A stretch of 64,000 nt of DNA from Calditrichaceae bacterium (GTDB lineage Bacteria > Calditrichota > Calditrichia > Calditrichales > JBFXGD01). Position 1 is the first letter of the stretch; each line of letters starts with the position of its first letter. The translations under genes and the position numbers were made by a program. Positions 61,295 to 64,000 of this stretch are shown in pieces. The notes below the pieces were generated by a model, which saw only the letters and a list, made by a program, of their open reading frames with translations, had not been told where the DNA came from and did not search any database. The stretch spans positions 1-64,000 of the forward strand of contig JBFXLE010000016.1 of NCBI GenBank assembly GCA_050173015.1. The letters run 5' to 3'.

Positions 61295-61300
61295 ACAGCA

Positions 61301-61945
61301 ATGCAAAACCAATATCTCGTTATAATCGGTGATATTATCGGATCAAGGGGGATCAAAAACCGTAAACAGGTTCAGCAAAGATTCATGAACGCGCTGAACG
61401 AGTCATCGGCTGCATACGGGACATTTGTGGTCTCGCCTCTGACACTAACCATTGGTGACGAATTTCAGGTGGTGTTATCTGATTCGGCAATGCTGTTCGA
61501 CACGCTTTATCAGATTGAATCGAGCATGGAAGGAATCTCCCTGCGTTACGGTTTCGGGCTGGGCGGTATTGACACGGAAATCAATAGAGAAAGCGCGATC
61601 GGAATGGATGGACCGGCATTTCATTATGCCAGGAACGCGGTAGAAACCGCAAGAGATATGAACAAAATATACGTATTCAAGTGCGCGGATAAATCGACTG
61701 AAGCGAGAATAAATATATTGCTGGACTGGTTAAATGTAACAACTGCAAAATGGAATATTCAAAAAAAGAGTATATTGTTTTATTACAGAAAAAGCTGGAC
61801 CCAGACGAATATTGCCGGAAAAGTCGGAATGACCCAGCCGGCAGTTTCACAACATCTCAAGGATCCGGCATTTCCGCTTGTAAACCGTACACAAATAAGT
61901 ATTCAGGAAGACATGAATAATATAATCTCGGGTCGGACAAGATGA
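61301..61945 (+). CDS. SatD family protein (N-terminal GD..GDEFQ domain, C-terminal HTH)
   Basis: IIGDIIGSR, TIGDEFQ, DGPAFHYAR, TQTNIAGKVGMTQPAVSQHL. Confidence 0.88.
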   Translation: MQNQYLVIIGDIIGSRGIKNRKQVQQRFMNALNESSAAYGTFVVSPLTLTIGDEFQVVLSDSAMLFDTLYQIESSMEGISLRYGFGLGGIDTEINRESAIGMDGPAFHYARNAVETARDMNKIYVFKCADKSTEARINILLDWLNVTTAKWNIQKKSILFYYRKSWTQTNIAGKVGMTQPAVSQHLKDPAFPLVNRTQISIQEDMNNIISGRTR

Positions 61946-62709
61946 ATATACAAATCATTTATCTGGCAATTTATCTGACGGGCCGTCTTTTATTTTATGA
62001 CATGAATCTGATCATCTCTCCGCACGCCCGCCTGAAGAAACGATTCATCATCAAACGAATCTTATGGGGATTAACCGGAATAATGTTGGCGGTAGATTTA
62101 TCATCTGCGTTGCTGATATTCTTTATTCACTCACTGATGGTATTAATAGACTCGCTTCTCGTTCCGGGAAAAACACACAATGCTAAACTTTTCTTTCTCC
62201 TTCACCTGTTTATCGGTCTTATTCTTTTGCCGCTGCAGCTCTCTTTTATGGAAAACTGGCTTCCCGCGATGCCCAACGAATTGGCGGCAATTATATTTGA
62301 AGGATTAAAAGGGAGCGCCTTTCATAAATTCACTCTACCCGATATAAAAATTGATTACGTGGTTCTCATTCTTACGGGATATGTATTTACTATCAAAGAA
62401 AGTACAATCCTTATCCGTCTGATTCTTAACCGGATTCAGGCGGTACCTACCCAAAAAAACTTCCCTGATGAAACTGATGCCGATGAGTATGACCGCGGTA
62501 AGCTTATCGGTAATCTGGAACGTACGTTTATTTATTTTCTGATCATATTTGATCAAATTGCCGCGATTGCCGTTATTATCGCTCTAAAGTCGCTGGCCAG
62601 ATTCAAGGAAATGGATGATAAAAATTTTGCTGAATATTTTTTGATCGGTTCCCTGCTCTCATTATTTCTTGCCGCGTTGCCGGCGGTATTGGTACTTTTA
62701 TTAATCTAA
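61942..62709 (+). CDS. DUF3307-like membrane protein
   Basis: HxxxxxID, GKLIGNLER, ALKSLARF and EYFLIGSLLS motifs; ATGA overlap with satD. Confidence 0.8.
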   Translation: MNIQIIYLAIYLTGRLLFYDMNLIISPHARLKKRFIIKRILWGLTGIMLAVDLSSALLIFFIHSLMVLIDSLLVPGKTHNAKLFFLLHLFIGLILLPLQLSFMENWLPAMPNELAAIIFEGLKGSAFHKFTLPDIKIDYVVLILTGYVFTIKESTILIRLILNRIQAVPTQKNFPDETDADEYDRGKLIGNLERTFIYFLIIFDQIAAIAVIIALKSLARFKEMDDKNFAEYFLIGSLLSLFLAALPAVLVLLLI

Positions 62710-62785
62710 ATGCTCCGTATTACAAAAATTGATAATCCGTCCCGAAATATTTATTTTCCGGAAAACGATGTTTAGGGAATTTCAG

Positions 62786-63280
62786 ATGACCCAAAAAAGA
62801 ACCTTCATTTCAATCTCATTGATATTACTTATCAGCTTTGATCTAATATCTAAAAATTTTGCGGCTGATTTTCTTAAAACCAGGGAATTTATTCCGGTTA
62901 TCGGGGACATACTGGTGTTTAGGTATGTGGAGAACCATTCTATGGCGTTTAATTTACTTTCATCGATGGAAACAGAAGTACGTTTTTATACCATTCTTGC
63001 CATAAAACTAAGTATTTTACTGATCCTGATCATTATCGCGATGCGGAAAAATTCATTTTCCGTGCTGCGTTTAACCGCCTTTACACTAATAATCGCGGGC
63101 GGTATCGGTAATTTTATCGACCGCGCCGTCAATGGTTACGTAATTGATTTTATTCACTTATTTTTCTCTGACACGATAAATTTTCCAGTTTTTAATCTCG
63201 CGGATATTTTTATTTCGACCGGAATCATCATCTTGCTATTCTGGGGCAAACCGCTTACTTTATTTGCAAAAATTGATTAA
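62786..63280 (+). CDS. lspA: Lipoprotein signal peptidase II
   Basis: GGIGNFIDR, GYVIDF and PVFNLAD motifs. Confidence 0.9.
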   Translation: MTQKRTFISISLILLISFDLISKNFAADFLKTREFIPVIGDILVFRYVENHSMAFNLLSSMETEVRFYTILAIKLSILLILIIIAMRKNSFSVLRLTAFTLIIAGGIGNFIDRAVNGYVIDFIHLFFSDTINFPVFNLADIFISTGIIILLFWGKPLTLFAKID

Positions 63281-63292
63281 AAAGGAGTCCTG

Positions 63293-63781
63293 ATGGATCA
63301 GAATACGGCGGTAGCTTTTTCCAAATTTAAAACCAGACTAAGTTCTCTTTCTGAATTTGAGCGCTTGAAACTAATGGATTATATGGGTAAAAACCAGCCC
63401 ATCGTGATGACTTACCTCATGGCGGCGACGGAAAGCCTGAAAAGCCAGACAGCGCGAAAAACTCTCTTTGATCTCGGCCTTGCGCTTTTGATGACGGTTT
63501 CTGAAAACCAAAGCAACATTATCGAATACACCGCGCTTGACGGTCATAATAAAAAAAATATCCGGATTTTTGAGTCCGTGCTCAAAGCAGACGATGATCA
63601 TTTTCTTGATTCTTCAATATCGATCGTTCATGAATTCGCTCATTCCGAATTACTTCTCGAGATAATCGAAGCTTTAACAGAGTGGACAAGAGCCGAATCA
63701 CAGTTTAAAAAGAATTATTATACAATGATGTTAATTTATCTTAAAACAATCATCGATTGCTTTGCGGAAACAGAAGAATAA
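63293..63781 (+). CDS. Hypothetical protein
   Basis: AAGGAG RBS; 162-aa helical-looking ORF. Confidence 0.7.
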   Translation: MDQNTAVAFSKFKTRLSSLSEFERLKLMDYMGKNQPIVMTYLMAATESLKSQTARKTLFDLGLALLMTVSENQSNIIEYTALDGHNKKNIRIFESVLKADDDHFLDSSISIVHEFAHSELLLEIIEALTEWTRAESQFKKNYYTMMLIYLKTIIDCFAETEE

Positions 63782-63819
63782 CTGTTGACTTTTCCCGTAT
63801 AAGTTATCCGGCACAACAA

Positions 63820-64000
63820 ATGAAAAGAGAATTCACGCATAAGTCCGTAAATTTAAGATTTTATGCGGAGCTGAATGATTTCCTGCCTGTTGATAAACAA
63901 TTCACTCAGTTTAATCAGAAATTTAAAGGCTCTCCGTCAGTAAAAGATTTAATCGAAGCAACGGGTGTCCCTCACCCCGAAATCGATTTGATTCTTGTTA
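63820..64000 (+). CDS. Ubiquitin-like domain of a probable Ub-Mut7C RNase protein (partial, runs off the window)
   Basis: Manual translation gives RFYAELNDFLP...SVKDLIEATGVPHPEIDLILV; absent from the ORF track. Confidence 0.8.
   Translation, partial: MKREFTHKSVNLRFYAELNDFLPVDKQFTQFNQKFKGSPSVKDLIEATGVPHPEIDLILV

Noticed and set aside
815-63601. Numerous 60-230 aa ORFs nested in or antisense to long genes (e.g. 18026-18631, 31194-31892, 36620-37237, 56523-57185)
   Set aside because: They are shadows of well-supported genes with no recognisable motifs.

Overview
A 64-kb chromosomal window from a diderm bacterium. The FlgD-Ig/'YPNPFNP' C-terminal sorting domains, moderate GC and gene content suggest the FCB neighbourhood, possibly Calditrichota (inference only). 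Most of it is ordinary metabolic and envelope DNA: DsbD, MATE, PAP2, transglutaminase, GH13 pullulanase, GlgX, DPP-IV, PepD, a split-FeoB locus with two DtxR-type proteins, a TetR-controlled LolA-like/ABC export operon, RNase HI, a CstA/ArsA-like module, a sigma54 two-component system driving porin + Liv-type ABC + AcuB, a DnaE2-type polymerase, SatD/DUF3307, LspA and a partial Ub-Mut7C gene. No rRNA, tRNA, CRISPR array, transposase or integrase was seen. The most unusual part is 10.3-15.0 kb: AT-rich orphan genes for exported proteins alternate with two ~94% identical, headless C-terminal sorting-domain fragments, alongside stranded ribosome-binding sites, a candidate sigma54 promoter unit and a ~20-unit 20/21-bp tandem array. 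Other non-coding signals are four TATAA-N9-TTATA sites at exact 29-bp spacing before satD, a candidate LexA box before dnaE2, DtxR and TetR operators, and clustered REP-like and heptamer repeats.
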